Source: Tubiluchus corallicola (Eukaryota > Animalia > Priapulida). Taken from it: a DNA stretch of 64,000 bases. This document shows, in pieces, positions 13,890 through 62,174 of the stretch. The notes beneath the pieces were generated by a model. That model was not told the origin of the DNA. It searched no databases and saw only the letters and a list, made by a program, of their open reading frames with translations. Each line of letters starts with the position of its first letter. The stretch's first letter is position 1. Made by a program: the position numbers and the translations under genes. Where the stretch lies: the NCBI GenBank assembly GCA_030141605.1, contig JAQGDQ010000679.1, positions 50,191 to 114,190 on the forward strand, read 5' to 3'.

Positions 13890-14743
13890 GTGAGTGATCA
13901 CGTGCTGGTTTGAGTGGTTTCTTGATTAGTGTAAAGTTTTTATCACTTCACATTGTTGCTACAATTACAGCTTGAAAATTTTTGTGTTGCATGGCTTTGT
14001 TAAATACAGCGTTTGGCCGGAGTAAGCTGACATTTATAAAAATAAACTTAAAAGAACTGAAATATGTTTTGAACTCGGTTTATAACGTTGAAATAGGAAC
14101 AAATTCATATCGATAATCGAGTAAAACTTAAAAAAATTCAATGTTGTAGACACTGTAAGGCATAAGTTTTAGTAACTTAGTAACATGATTTAAGAGGAGC
14201 TGTACTGCTTTCTGGATTCATTCCTCAGGTTAGAGTTAAAAAAGCAGTCGTTCTGTAGAAACCATTCACTATTACTATCCGCGACTACTGATGAATAATT
14301 TGCTTATTTTCAATAATAAATGCAGGTACGGGCTAACTGAGTCTTCAGTTTTGATGAATGTATGGCGTGTGCGGTCCTGCTAAACTTCGTATCTGCCTTG
14401 TATGTTTTGGTACAATGTCCTGTATGATATCATTGCCTATGCCATCATACAACCCACTTTGGGATTCTTGTGTACACAACGTATACCAGCTAGTAATGAT
14501 TTTTTCTTGTTAATAATGTGGATATACGCATTTAGCACTAAGTTTTTTCTTGATTCCTTTTTTCGGTTTAGGTTGCAATGAAGGATTTATTTCCAGCAGC
14601 GCAAATTTGTGCTGTTGGGCGTAAACTGATTCATCGTGTCAGTAAATTTATTTTTAACGGCATAAAAGATATATTTTCTGCAGCTGTGGAGATCGAGATT
14701 ACTTTCTTGACTTTCAAAACCTTTCTTATTTTGTTCGTTATAG

Positions 14744-14881
14744 ATGCAGCTGCCGATGGAACAGTCAGCGTCCCCCCATTTTCTTTTATGTACCTTTTAG
14801 GAGTTCCACTCCTAGGAAGCTTTCGTGGAAAAGCAACAAACGCAAGAATGTCGTCAACTGCCTTGTCTGATGATGCTATCG
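14744..14881 (+). CDS. Pentraxin-like exon (..LLGV..GSFRGKATNARMSSTALSDDAI)
   Basis: gttatag / G|GTAACA; matches the SFxGxxxxxxxxxxxLSxxxI segment of the fold. Confidence 0.8.
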
Positions 14882-15544
14882 GTAACAATTATAACCGACT
14901 TGTTTGATTTCCTATTCAGATTTATCATAAAATTAAATTTTTGCTGAAACAGATTAGTTATTACGATCTGTGTGGCGTGTGCTTATTTTTGAAATGCTAC
15001 ACTTTTACTCTTAAAATGTCTTATTCCACTCTTATCTGGGCTGATATCTGCTCATGATTTTATTTTACTATTTTTAAATAAATTTACAATATACTATAAA
15101 GATAATTAATATAAATCAAAGTTTTTATGCCCTATGCACAACTGTTGTTCTTTGTCGCTTTTGGACTGCACAAGTTGTAGAGAACGATAACTGTTCAGGT
15201 CAATTGTATTTCTGACACTCGATTTAAACTTCATTAGTTCTTTCATTAGTTTTTCGGGATGCCTGGTATGTTCTACAATTCAGTAGCTCGATCAGTGATC
15301 GTGACCTTTAATCTTTGACCTCAAATATATTCCGCTTCTAATCGTTCTTTCGGCAAACTTGTTTTAGATTTGTTGGAGTTAGACATAACCATCCTCAAAG
15401 CCATTCCTATGACATTGATTTATATGTTTGGTTCTTTTCTGTTTATGCCTATATATATTTTCACAAAATAATATTAATCACTTTATCATAAAACGTAGCT
15501 ATAAAGTATAGTCTGCTTACCAATAATAGTTTATTATTGTTTAG

Positions 15545-15892
15545 AAGATTTAGGCTAGTACTTGCCACTACGACAATGGCGATATTTTAGCCTGGAACCA
15601 AGATACTATTCAAACATCTGGTGATGTGAATTTCAACAGTCCAACGGACTGCCCATTTGTTGGAAAAAATCCAGCATTATGCCCTACAGGAGACTCTCGT
15701 GGTGAAATACTGGAACTTTTGGTAGCATTGGCAAATTATGTCCTGCCAAACAGTGAGTTCACTCACCGTAAAATAGAGAGAGTGAGAGACAGTCGAAAGA
15801 ATCTCAAAAAACTTATTTCGCTAGAAGGAGACAAATTACGTGGACATGTTTTCACTAAACTATCAGAAAGAAAGGACAAAAGATACAAGTAA
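15545..15892 (+). CDS. Pentraxin-like terminal exon (ASTCHYDNGDILAW...), out of frame by +1 at its start
   Basis: ttgtttag acceptor; the frame from 15554 continues into ORF 15626..15892. Confidence 0.65.
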
Positions 15893-16899
15893 TGTCGTGC
15901 TATGCTGTACAATTTAACATGGAGGAGTGTGCAGGCAAGAGCCAGAATTTTTGCAAAAAAGTTATTGGCATCAGTGGGTTTAGCAACGCTTCAGTTTTGC
16001 TGGATTATATTCAGGAACACCAGACTGTAATCATGGAGACTTTTTATTAGAATTATCTGGATAATGTCGTATTTTAATTTATTGTTAAAGTAGTTGGTAT
16101 TGGTCTCACTTGTAACAATCACTTGTTATTAATATAATGTTACTAAGTATCATTGTTATTATATATTAAAATATAATTAGCGGTTGGTTTAAGATATTGT
16201 ATCTGCCAATGTCATTTATTTTTTAAAATGTTATCACATTTTAATGTATTGTTAAAGTGGCTGGTATTGATTTCTCTTGTAATAATCATTAGTTACTAAG
16301 TATCATTTCACTGTTATTTTCGACAAAATCTAGTGTGGCGTTGTTGTGATTTTGTATTTGCCATTATCACGTCTTCTTGTTGTATAGTAACTATCAGTGT
16401 TACGACGTGTTAGCACAAGTGTTGAATTTGTACGAAATGGTAGTTAGTTTAGTTCGCTTATTTTTCAATAAATATCTGAAAAAATATAATCTGAACAAAA
16501 TTGCAAAAAAAAAATTTGGTTTAAAAATGCGCCTGGATGTCGTACTCACCGTCAATACAGAAAATCATGTTATTACTACCTTATCTATAACACAGGTTAC
16601 CAGCAGTAACTGATGTACACCATAATTATGGTTTTGTACAAGGAACGCCATGTGAAAACTTTGACCAATAAAAAAAAATTATAAAAGTTTTTTATAAGTT
16701 GCACATGTTTTAGTGTAATTATTTTTAGCACGAGCATGGGAACTTGTCCACAGCCAAGACTTCATTTATGGTACAGATCATCTGCTTTTTTGAAAGTAGC
16801 ATCCCTGTTGGTTATATATAAAGCGACTCGCACTGAGGCAAAAATCACATAACCAAAGTACTCCTAAAAATGAAAACTTTTACAAAATAGAAAAACTGT

Positions 16900-18800
16900 G
16901 ATTGTTGATATCCCAATAAAAGCTCTCACAGATTGTGCTAGTATTATAACACCTCACTTTAGCTAGATAGCTTATCAAATTTTAATGCATTAAGATTTTC
17001 CCGAAATTTGAAAATTAGCTAATGTTACCCCACTATATAAAAAAGGTGAAAAATACAACCCAAAAAACTGCAGTCATGGACCAAGTAAAATTTTTGAAAG
17101 AATAATGTGCAGTCAATTAAATAATTGTGTTGAAAACGATAAACTTCTTGCAAATAGACAGTTTTGTTTCAGAAAATATTATTCTATTATAGACGCAATA
17201 ACTCATGCCTTGGAAGATTGGCGCTATATAACTTGGACAATGATAAATACGTCATGTCAGCTTTTTTAGACTTTAGTAAAGCATTTGATTTTGTTAACCA
17301 TGACTTATTAGTAGAAAACTTGCGTTTGTTAACCATAAATTATTCATAGAAAATTTGCATTTGTTAACCATGACTTATTAATAGAAAACTTGCGTTTGTT
17401 AACCATGACTTATTAATAGAAAACTTGCGTTTGTTAACCATGACTTATTAATAGAAAACTTGCATTTGTTAACCATGACTTATTAATAGAAAACTTGCGT
17501 TTGTTAACCATGACTTATTAATAGAATACTTGCGTTTGTTAACCATCACTTATTAATAGAAAACTTGCATTTGTTAACCATCACTTATTAATAGAAAACT
17601 TGCATTTGTTAACCAAGACTTATTAATAAAAAACTTGCATTTGTTAACCATGACTTATTAATAGAAAACTTGCGTTTGTTAACCATGACTTATTAATAGA
17701 AAACTTGCGTTTGTTAACCATGACTTATTAATAGAAAACTTGCATTTGTTAACCATGACTTATTAATAGAAAACTTGCGTTTGTTAACCATGACTTATTA
17801 ATAGAATACTTGCGTTTGTTAACCAAGACTTATTAATAGAAAACTTGCATTTGTTAACCATGACTTATTAATAGAAAACTTGCGTTTGTTAACCATGACT
17901 TATTAATAGAAAACTTGCGTTTGTTAACCATCACTTATTAATAGAAAACTTGCGTTTGTTAACCATGACTTATTAATAGAAAACTTGCATTTGTTAACCA
18001 TGACTTATTAATAGAAAACTTGCGTTTGTTAACCATGACTTATTAATAGAATACTTGCATTTGTTAACCATGACTTATTAATAGAAAACTTGCATTTGTT
18101 AACCAAGACTTATTAATAAAAAACTTGCATTTGTTAACCATGACTTATTAATAGAAAACTTGCGTTTGTTAACCAAGACTTATTAATAGAAAACTTGCAT
18201 TTGTTAACCATGACTTATTAATAGAAAACTTGCATTTGTTAACTAAGACTTATTAATAGAAAACTTGCGTTTGTTAGCCAAGACTTATTAATAGAAAACT
18301 TGCATTTGTTAACCATGACTTATTAATAGAAAACTTGCGTTTGTTAACCAAGACTTATAAATAGAAAACTTGCATTTGTTAACCATGACTTATTAATAGA
18401 AAACTTGCGTTTGTTAACCATGACTTATTAATAGAAAACTTGCGTTTGTTAACCAAGACTTATTAATAGAAAACTTGCATTTGTTAACCATGAATTATTA
18501 ATAGAAAACTTGCATTTGTTAACCATGACTTATTCATAGAAAACTTGCGCCACTTAGGCTTTGACAACACGTCACTCAAGCTAATAAAAAACTATTTTCA
18601 AAACAGAAAGCAAAGAGCCAAGCTAAATAAAGCTACACTCTCAACATAAAATACAATAATACAGGCATACCACAAGGAACAATTCTAGGATCTCTGTTGT
18701 TCTGCGTTTATGTGAATAAAATTACCACTGTTTTACAGAATTCTGGCATAACACAGTATACAGATAATTTTGTGTATTTATGCAGCACACAAAAATCCAA
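16900..18800 (+). mobile_element. Degenerate CR1/L2-type LINE reverse transcriptase interrupted by a 35-bp array
   Basis: ANVTPLYKKG, SKIFERIM, FLDFSKAFDFVNHDLL, NRKQ, TGIPQGTILGSLLFCVYVN; frameshifts and stops. Confidence 0.88.
17290..18549. repeat. 35-bp minisatellite, ~36 copies, derived from an RT motif
   Basis: tttgttaaccatgacttattaatagaaaacttgc(a/g). Confidence 0.97.
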
Positions 18801-20037
18801 TAACAGCTAAACAATTTTATGATGAATACAGGATTAAGAAACCATAAAGATATAAAAAATAAAAAAATGTAACAAGCCTCTTACTCGGGGGTATGTTATA
18901 AAACAGCCAGGGGCTAAACGAAATGACAGTAGTTATATTCAGTTATCTGGCAAGATTTTCTTATCAGTGAACCTGGATCATTAGTACGCTTAGTTATAGA
19001 AACATGTCAGTACACAAATACAACATGACAACCGTTCCAGAACACTAACATTTCATTCATATTGCGCTGAAAAAGTACTGATGAAACTTTTAACAACAAT
19101 TATTAAACGTAATGTCTAGTAATAAATTTTAACTCTGATAAACAAATGATGAGTAAAATTTATGGTAACTGCTGCTGAGTAATGGTGTGAAGGATTTTAG
19201 CTTGTACTTCAGTGTTCTTTCATTCTGTAAACCCTCCTATACTGTCCTTTTTAACTGCATTCATATATGTATGTCTTGACTTGGCTTCTTTTTGTCCTGC
19301 TCTACTGACAGAGGTAGTTTACCTGGCTAGTTGGCAGTCTGTTCTTGGCTAAGAAAGTTGTTGTTGTTTGTCTCAGTTAAACCATTTATTTGTCAAGAGT
19401 AGTAGAGCCATGATGTAAGTTTTTTGGTTATTCAGTCTCACTTTACTATTAATTTCTTTGTTTTCTTTTTGGCTCAAATTAGTTTGTTATATTTTATGAT
19501 TTTTCTTACAGATAAGACGTAATAAAGCTACTCAAACATGAATTTTTTCACTTTGGGCATCATGAAGTAGTAGTCTCTCACAGATGGATTAGTAACTAGT
19601 ATTGCCAGAATCGTAATTATGGCATGTATTATTGTCAAAATTATTGTCAAAATGGTTGTGTTGACCGATACAAATAACCCCAAGTTGACGTTTGCATTGA
19701 TAAACAAAAATTTAAAAAAAATATTTCAGTGTTTCAAAAAAAAACTTGTTATAGCGTAATTGAAGAACAGTATACTTACTGTATTTATTAGTTAATAAAA
19801 TTTGAAGATAGCGTACTTTAACTAGCAAATCAAAGGTACCCTCAAAGCAAAAATTTGATTTCAGCAGTTAAAAGCAGCTTTCGCTTAATTTTCTGCTGCT
19901 TGAAACTCCTCTTCCTATGAATCCCAAGACGATAGTAACAGAGATATAGAGGCTGTTTTTTCAACATGCCCGTGTTATGTCCAATCACGCCCCCCCCTCC
20001 AGCATCTATTTCTGGTTCATAAACTATTATGTAGTTT

Positions 20038-20587
20038 TTGTTGTTGGCACCTTCTGTCTCGGAAGACAATGGAATGTGCGCCAAGAGAGTCATTGATCAC
20101 ATTGATGGAGCTGCAGCGTCGACTGCGGCTGAGCAGTGCGATCCTTGAACGTCTCCAGAGCGCACGCCTGGGCAAGGTGTATGGAGATCCTGAGTTGCCC
20201 AGATAACAGGAACCCCCTCTCTTCATCCCTGGTGTAGTCCAAAGGAAAGCGGAGCGATACGTTTGGCACCAGGTTGGCTGCAGGAGCTGTCGGAGTCAAT
20301 GAGCATGCTGCACTGGTCCGCCTTCGGGGCTCCACTCCTGATTTGGAAGGTTTACTCCTCTACACATGGCTGTTGGGTCACTTGACCTCCTCCGCCCTCT
20401 AGCCGTTGGCTGCTTGTGCAGCTCCTCCGCCTAGTGTCGAGATACAGTGTGGGCATCCCGCAAGCCTACAGCATCTGGTATTCCTAGGCGGTCACCCATC
20501 CAAGTACTAACCAGGCTCTATGTTGCTTAACTTCGGTGATCATACGAGAACCGGTCTTTTCAACGTGATTTGGCCGTAACAAACCCT
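20038..20587 (-). mobile_element. 5S-rRNA-derived SINE (SINE3-type), copy 1
   Basis: 119-nt 5S head (20462-20580), ~420-bp GC-rich body, short CAA tail, 13-bp TSD tattatgtagttt (20025-20037 and 20588-20600). Confidence 0.88.
20462..20580 (-). rRNA. 5S rRNA-like sequence (SINE head, not a stand-alone gene)
   Basis: GTTACGGCC...GATCACCGAAGTTAAGCAAC...GTTAGTACTTGGATGGGTGACCGCC...GTAGGCTT with A and C boxes; no oligo-T terminator follows. Confidence 0.8.
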
Positions 20588-21794
20588 TATTATGTAGTTT
20601 AATAACTATATTAATATAATCCTGTTACCATTATTGTTACTATATTTCATTGTCTCTTAGTTATAACACATAATAATTATAAGATAATAAAGTAATAAGA
20701 TTGTAAATAAAATTATATGCCGAAGTAGATAATAAATTGCAATTACAAATGCTTTACAAGTAGCTGCGCTGCACTATCAATGAAAAGGCTTGTTTAAACA
20801 TGATCAGACAAAAAATTGGACTGACTGCGTGAACCGGTGAAGAAAATAAGTGTTGGTGTCAAGCAATTTAATCTAGCATTCTATCATTATTTGTTTTCTT
20901 TTCACATTTTTACAAACATGTATTTCCTGAAAGTGTTTAAAACGAAGCCAGCCTTAGTCATGTGACCTAAGCTTTAGTAGTATACGCCACCTATCAATCA
21001 CACTTGTTTTTACACGTAGTTACATTTTCTGTTGCCGCCATGTTGATCACGCCATTTGGTGATACTTGCATTGCTTTGTCTATTTGTTACAATTTAACAG
21101 ACGCTAGTTGTATTTTCAAGCCAAAGTTGTCATCAGTAAATGTAAGTCACCATCTGCTTTAATAATTAGTTAATAGTTTAAATTGGTTAGAATTGCTTCA
21201 AATCTCTAGAATCATAAAGCAATAATTTGTGTTTCAGTCTTCTTAAATCTAATTTTTATTTGTCCAAATAGTAATAACCTTTAGCACATTCTCAAGCACT
21301 TTTTGTGATCTGTTATTTTAATAAATTGCAGGTCTATCGCGCAGTTCAATACTGATTTTTGCCGTTTCTTTGCCTGGACTGGGCGCATCCACAATAAGTA
21401 TTGGATTTTTCTGGATTTTTATTAAAAAGCATTATATCTGGGAAAGTAGGAAGTACTAAAAGACTTTACAGGGAGTTGTCAATGGCAAAACGTGTTTGTG
21501 AAAGTTATGTTTTGTAGTCAGATTTCTGAAGAAAACTGCAAACATATATCAAGAGAGACATAAATGGCTAAATTTATTTGACGACATAATTATGATGACA
21601 TAGTACGACGTATGAACAACATATACAATGAATAAAAATTTAAATTTTAAACCCAAATTTATACCAAATTCAAATAGGCGCAAAATACCAAAATTTTATG
21701 AGCAAATCTTGTGTAAGATGACATTTCCATTTGAAAACTTGATAAATCACTTCATGAGAATACACGAAACTCATTTTTATGAAGGCTAAATGTA

Positions 21795-22507
21795 CAGGTT
21801 TTACACGTCAAATGTAGATATAGGAATTTCTAATGTGTTTTGGCAACTCAAATGTGACTTAGGTAAGACAAATGTAGATGCGGTACTTTGAATAAATCAG
21901 TAATCAATTCATTTAAGTGCAAATTACAAAAAGATAAAACCAAATTAAGGTTATATTTTATGGTCACGGTGCTATCGGCAGCATCAATTTTTATTATATT
22001 TAATTAATTTGCAACTATTTGTATGGACTATTTATATACACCAATTCTACGTTTTATTTGTCAGAAAAGAATAAATCGGTTCCCACTTCCCAATGAACAG
22101 TGAATCACTAATTAGTTTTTTAAGTAATGCATTAGCACTGCATTAATGAATTAGTTTCTCTCAAGATGGATTGTTTATTTTAAGAATGATTGTTTTCTCT
22201 AACAGTTCCAATGGTATGTAAAGTTTGTAGAATATTAGTGAACCTATAACGGTTTTATTTTAACTTAAGAGCAATTATTAAATTGAAATTAAAGAAGATT
22301 AAATTTTAACATCCTTAAACTTTACCACCTATCCACATTTGAGATACCAATGTCACATTTGACTTGACATGTGTCTACATTTGACTTACCAGAAACGCTT
22401 AAGATTTGTTGAAAACCATTGTTAACACATTTGAACTACCAAAGTCTACATTTGAGTTACCAAGACACATTTGAATACCTAAATCTACATTTGACATGTA
22501 AAACCTA
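21795..22507. mobile_element. TA-flanked MITE, family B (copy 1)
   Basis: ~24-bp TIR (T/C)AGGTTTTACACGTCAAATGTAGA, TA flanks, internal ~21-bp aaatgt subrepeats. Confidence 0.85.
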
Positions 22508-22764
22508 TAGAAAGGGAGGCGTATAAAATACATGTATAATTAGGTTCACGTTAGGAAATTAAAATACAGTTACATTAAATTCGGATTTATTTAGTTAAAT
22601 AAGTGCAGTCATTTTTACAAACTTTCTGATGATCCGACTATAGCTACATGATGTGTACAATATTGTCTCAATCTTGGAAATTGCACGTATGAAAAAATAC
22701 GTCTCTAATACGAGAGACAGGTTACATTTATTATCACAAGTTTGTTCCTCTCGTGGAGCGTGTT

Positions 22765-58179
<35,415 letters not shown>

Positions 58180-58267
58180 ATTGAAACGTATTTGCAAAAA
58201 TCTCTGTCTTCGTGCAAAACTAAATCCTAGAACAAAATGCAACTTACAAGTGAATTCTAAAGTGTAA

Positions 58268-60323
58268 CTAAAAAGCTAAATGAGGGCTAAAAAGCTAAAT
58301 CTGAGCTAAACAACTAAATCCAGACTAAAGATAAATCTGGACTAAAAAGCTAAATCTAGACTAAAAAGCTCAATCTGGACTAAAAAGCTAAATCATGACT
58401 AAAAAGCTAAATCATGACTAAAAAGCTAAATCTGGACTAAAAAGCTAAATCTAGACTAAAAAGCTCAATCTGGATTAAAAAGCTAAATCATGACTAAAAA
58501 GCTAAATCATGACTAAAAAGCTAAATCTAGACTAAAAAGCTAAATCTGGACTAAAAAGCTAAATCATGACTAAAAAGCTAAATCTGGACTAAAAAGCTAA
58601 ATCTAGACTAAAAAGCTAAATCTAGACTAAAAAGCTAAATCTAGACTAAAAAGCTAAATCTAGACTAAAAAGCTAAATCATGACTAAAAAGCTAAATTAT
58701 GACTAAAAAACTAAATCTAGACTAAAAAGTTAAATCTAAACTAAAAAGCTAAATCTGGTCTAAAAAACTAAATCTGGACTAAAAAGCTAAATCTGGACTA
58801 AAAAGCTAAATCTGAACTAAAAACCTAAATCTGGTCTAAAAAACTAAATCTGGACTAAAAAGCTAAATCTGGACTAAAAAGCTAAATCTGAACTAAAAAG
58901 TTAAATGTAGACTAAAAAGCTAAATCTGGACTAAAAAGTTAAATCTGGACTAAAAAGCTAAATCTGGTCTAAAAACTTAAATCTGAACTAAAAAGCTAAA
59001 TCTGGTCTAAAAAGTTAAATCTGAACTAAAAAGCTAAATCTGGTCTAAAAAGTTAAATCTGAACTAAAAAGCTAAATCTGGTCTAAAAAGTTAAATCTGA
59101 ACTAAAAAGCTAAATCTGGTCTAAAAAGCTAAATCAAGCTAAATCATGACTATAAAGCTAAATCAAGACTAAAAAGCTAAATCTGAACTAAAAAGCTAAA
59201 TCTAGACTAAAAAGCTAAATCTAGACTAAAAAGCTAAATCTAGACTAAAAAGCTAAATCTAGACTAAAAAGCTAAATCATGACTAAAAAGCTAAATTATG
59301 ACTAAAAAACTAAATCTAGACTAAAAAGTTAAATCTAAACTAAAAAGCTAAATCTGGTCTAAAAAACTAAATCTGGACTAAAAAGCTAAATCTGGACTAA
59401 AAAGCTAAATCTGGACTAAAAAACTAAATCTGGACTAAAAAGCTAAATCTGGACTAAAAAGGTAAATCCGGACTAAAAAGCTAAATCTGAACTAAAAAGC
59501 TAAATCTGGTCTAAAAAACTAAATCTGGACTAAAAAGCTAAATCTGGACTAAAAAGCTAAATCTGAACTAAAAAGTTAAATGTAGACTAAAAAGCTAAAT
59601 CTGGACTAAAAAGTTAAATCTGGACTAAAAAGCTAAATCTGGTCTAAAAAGTTAAATCTGAACTAAAAAGCTAAATCTGGTCTAAAAAGTTAAATCTGAA
59701 CTAAAAAGCTAAATCTAGACTAAAAAGCTAAATCTAGACTAAAAAGCTAAATCTAGACTAAAAAGCTAAATCATGACTAAAAAGCTAAATTATGACTAAA
59801 AAGCTAAATCTAGACTAAAAAGCTAAATCTAGACTAAAAAGCTAAATCATGACTAAAAAGCTAAATTATGACTAAAAAACTAAATCTAGACTAAAAAGTT
59901 AAATCTAAACTAAAAAGGTAAATCCGGACTAAAAAGCTAAATCTGAACTAAAAAGCTAAATCTGGTCTAAAAAACTAAATCTGGACTAAAAAACTAAATC
60001 TGGACTAAAAAGCTAAATCTGGACTAAAAAGCTAAATCTGAACTAAAAAGTTAAATCTGAACTAAAAAGCTAAATCTGGTCTAAAAAGCTAAATCTGAAC
60101 TAAAAAGCTAAATCTGAACTAAAAAGCTAAATCTGGTCTAAAAAGCTAAATCTGAACTAAAAAGCTCAATCCGAACTAAAAAGTTAAATGTAGACTAAAA
60201 AGCTAAATCTGGACTAAAAAGCTAAATCTAGACTAAAAAGCTAAATCTGGACTAAAAAGCTAAATCCGAACTAAAAAGCTAAATCTAGACTAAAAAGCTA
60301 AATCTGGACTAAAAAGCTAAATC
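58268..60323. repeat. 19-bp satellite, ~108 copies
   Basis: ctaaaaagctaaatctgga and variants, with duplicated higher-order blocks. Confidence 0.97.
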
Positions 60324-60669
60324 TTAACGAATTAATCATAAGTGTCAGCATTTTGGGGGTAGGGCTATTCTTTCCATTTTACTGACCCCCACTATTGCAT
60401 ATTTTAACAGAACTTATAGTAAGTTGTATTGACATAAGATAGAAACAGTAACGTATGTTTGTTGTTGACAAATACGCGCGAAGTTTGTACTATAACAACG
60501 GAAATCTATTTCTGAAACTTGCAAAAATGAATCGTCTAATGTCATGTTGCTCGAAATTATGCCTCCGAATTTATGTAATTGTTTGACGGCGCATGATATT
60601 ATTGACACAAAATACATAGAATAGGGTGGAAAGCAGGGAAGTGAAACAGTCAAATGCAGGACCAAAATT

Positions 60670-61381
60670 ATTATTTTCAATAAACTGAGCATTCCATTTA
60701 TAAACAATCCCTTAGCATTCATTCCTGATACCACTTTAAACACTAGAACACACAATTTAAAGCAAATTACAGTAAACAATAAATTTGGAAATAACTCTAT
60801 ATCAAAACAGGCCATACATTTATGGAACTTACTACCCAGTGAAATAAAACAAATAGAATCTCTCCACCACTTTAAAAAGAAATTAAAAGAATATCAATAT
60901 AACAGGTTCCAACTTCCACATTGTGCATCTGACACTAATTACACAGACTCAACTTTCATCTACCCCCGCCCCTAACTCCATATAACGATTAAAAATGAAA
61001 TTTTTTTTAAAAAATTATGTAATGTAATACGTGTTATGTCAGTTTTGTAATGTCAAATGTATAAATAGTGTAAATGTAATGAGTGAAATTTATGTAATGT
61101 AAAGCATGTTTCTGTTAATTGTGTCATGTCAAATGTATATATAGTGTAAAATATGTCATGTAAAATTTAATGTACTTTTGTAATATTGTTTTATAAAAAT
61201 ATTTTAATATGGTGTTTGTAAATATGTTCATTTATTGTATATAATTAGGCCTTAGTTTTGCACTTTAGTTTTTTTTGTATGCACTGGACGCATTTGTCTT
61301 GAACAGTGTTATTTTAACATTACGCTGAGGCTTACTCAATTTTATTATAATGAGTGAACCATTTTAATGACAAATAAAGAA

Positions 61382-61458
<77 letters not shown>
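60670..61458 (+). mobile_element. LINE 3' fragment ending in AATAAA and (AT)n
   Basis: KFGNNSISKQAIHLWNLLPSEIK...HHFKKKLK. Confidence 0.6.
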
Positions 61459-61462
<4 letters not shown>

Positions 61463-61699
61463 CTTGAAAAAAGATGCAAAATTGTTCAGTAAAGTAGCCT
61501 AAGTCGACTCATCAACTTTACAATCTGCTGTCACCAAAAAGAAATATGGAACATCTTTAAACACATGAAATGAATGTTTACTAGACATGAATGCAAAACA
61601 TTAATATTATGTATGTAATAAGTAAAAGATAGAAAGAAAACTTGAAGTACAGTGCTACTGTATAACAGTTAGTGTTATATACAAAAACTTGGTAAATTT

Positions 61700-62160
61700 T
61701 AAGCTTAAAATTTAAATTTCAAATTACTGTTGTGCTCATGTGCGAGCTGTCGAACGTGTGCATTACTTCACGAACGAACACTTCTTAAGTGAGAGGTACA
61801 GCAACTGTTTTTCGCGCTACGCGTTTCCAAAATGCATGCGCTAGTGCTCGTCTAACTAACGAATGGCGAAATGCATGTAACAGTGAAGAACTAGTGGCGC
61901 AAACGTGAAATTGCGTTTGTGTGGTAATAATTCTTTCACGTAAGTCATTTTTTTTGAAACAATAGTAAGTTTCCTTTCAATACTTTAAAGAGTAGATTAT
62001 TTTAACCTACAGTTTAGGATTGTGTCCGGTTTTCTTTTAAACTCCCGCGATGATGGTTAGGCGCAGCCATTTTATAGTAGGTTATTTTCAAACAAGTTTC
62101 GAAAACGTTGCGTGAAGTTCAAAAAATCAGAGCATTCGTAGTACGTCACAAACTAAGCAA
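61700..62160. mobile_element. Family E right half joined at TTAA to an internal piece of family D
   Basis: ...gtccggttttctt|TTAA|actcccgcgatg..., where the latter matches 32637 onward. Confidence 0.65.
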
Positions 62161-62174
62161 AAGTTTAAATTACT

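Larger units (their letters stand above)
7896..15892 (+). pseudogene. Pentraxin/LamG-like (ConA-like fold) domain gene with introns; probable unprocessed pseudogene or null allele
   Basis: Exons 7896-7995, 10760-10822, 10952-11025, 12142-12263, 13771-13889, 14744-14881 and 15545-15892 chain in phase. They give DGEWHHIALTW..VKVYVDG, GSFRGKATNARMSSTALSDDAI and C..DNGDILAW. There is an in-frame TGA at 10987-10989 and an extra G at ~15553. The start exon was not found. Confidence 0.7.

Noticed and set aside
14572-14620. Extra pentraxin exon
   Set aside because: Breaks the phase; 13889 joins 14744 cleanly without it
17290-18549. 35-bp repeats resembling a CRISPR array
   Set aside because: Head-to-tail units with no spacers, no cas genes, and the unit is LINE RT coding sequence
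20462-20580. Functional 5S rRNA gene
   Set aside because: Substitutions differ between the two copies, there is no terminator, and it is fused to a shared body and bounded by a TSD
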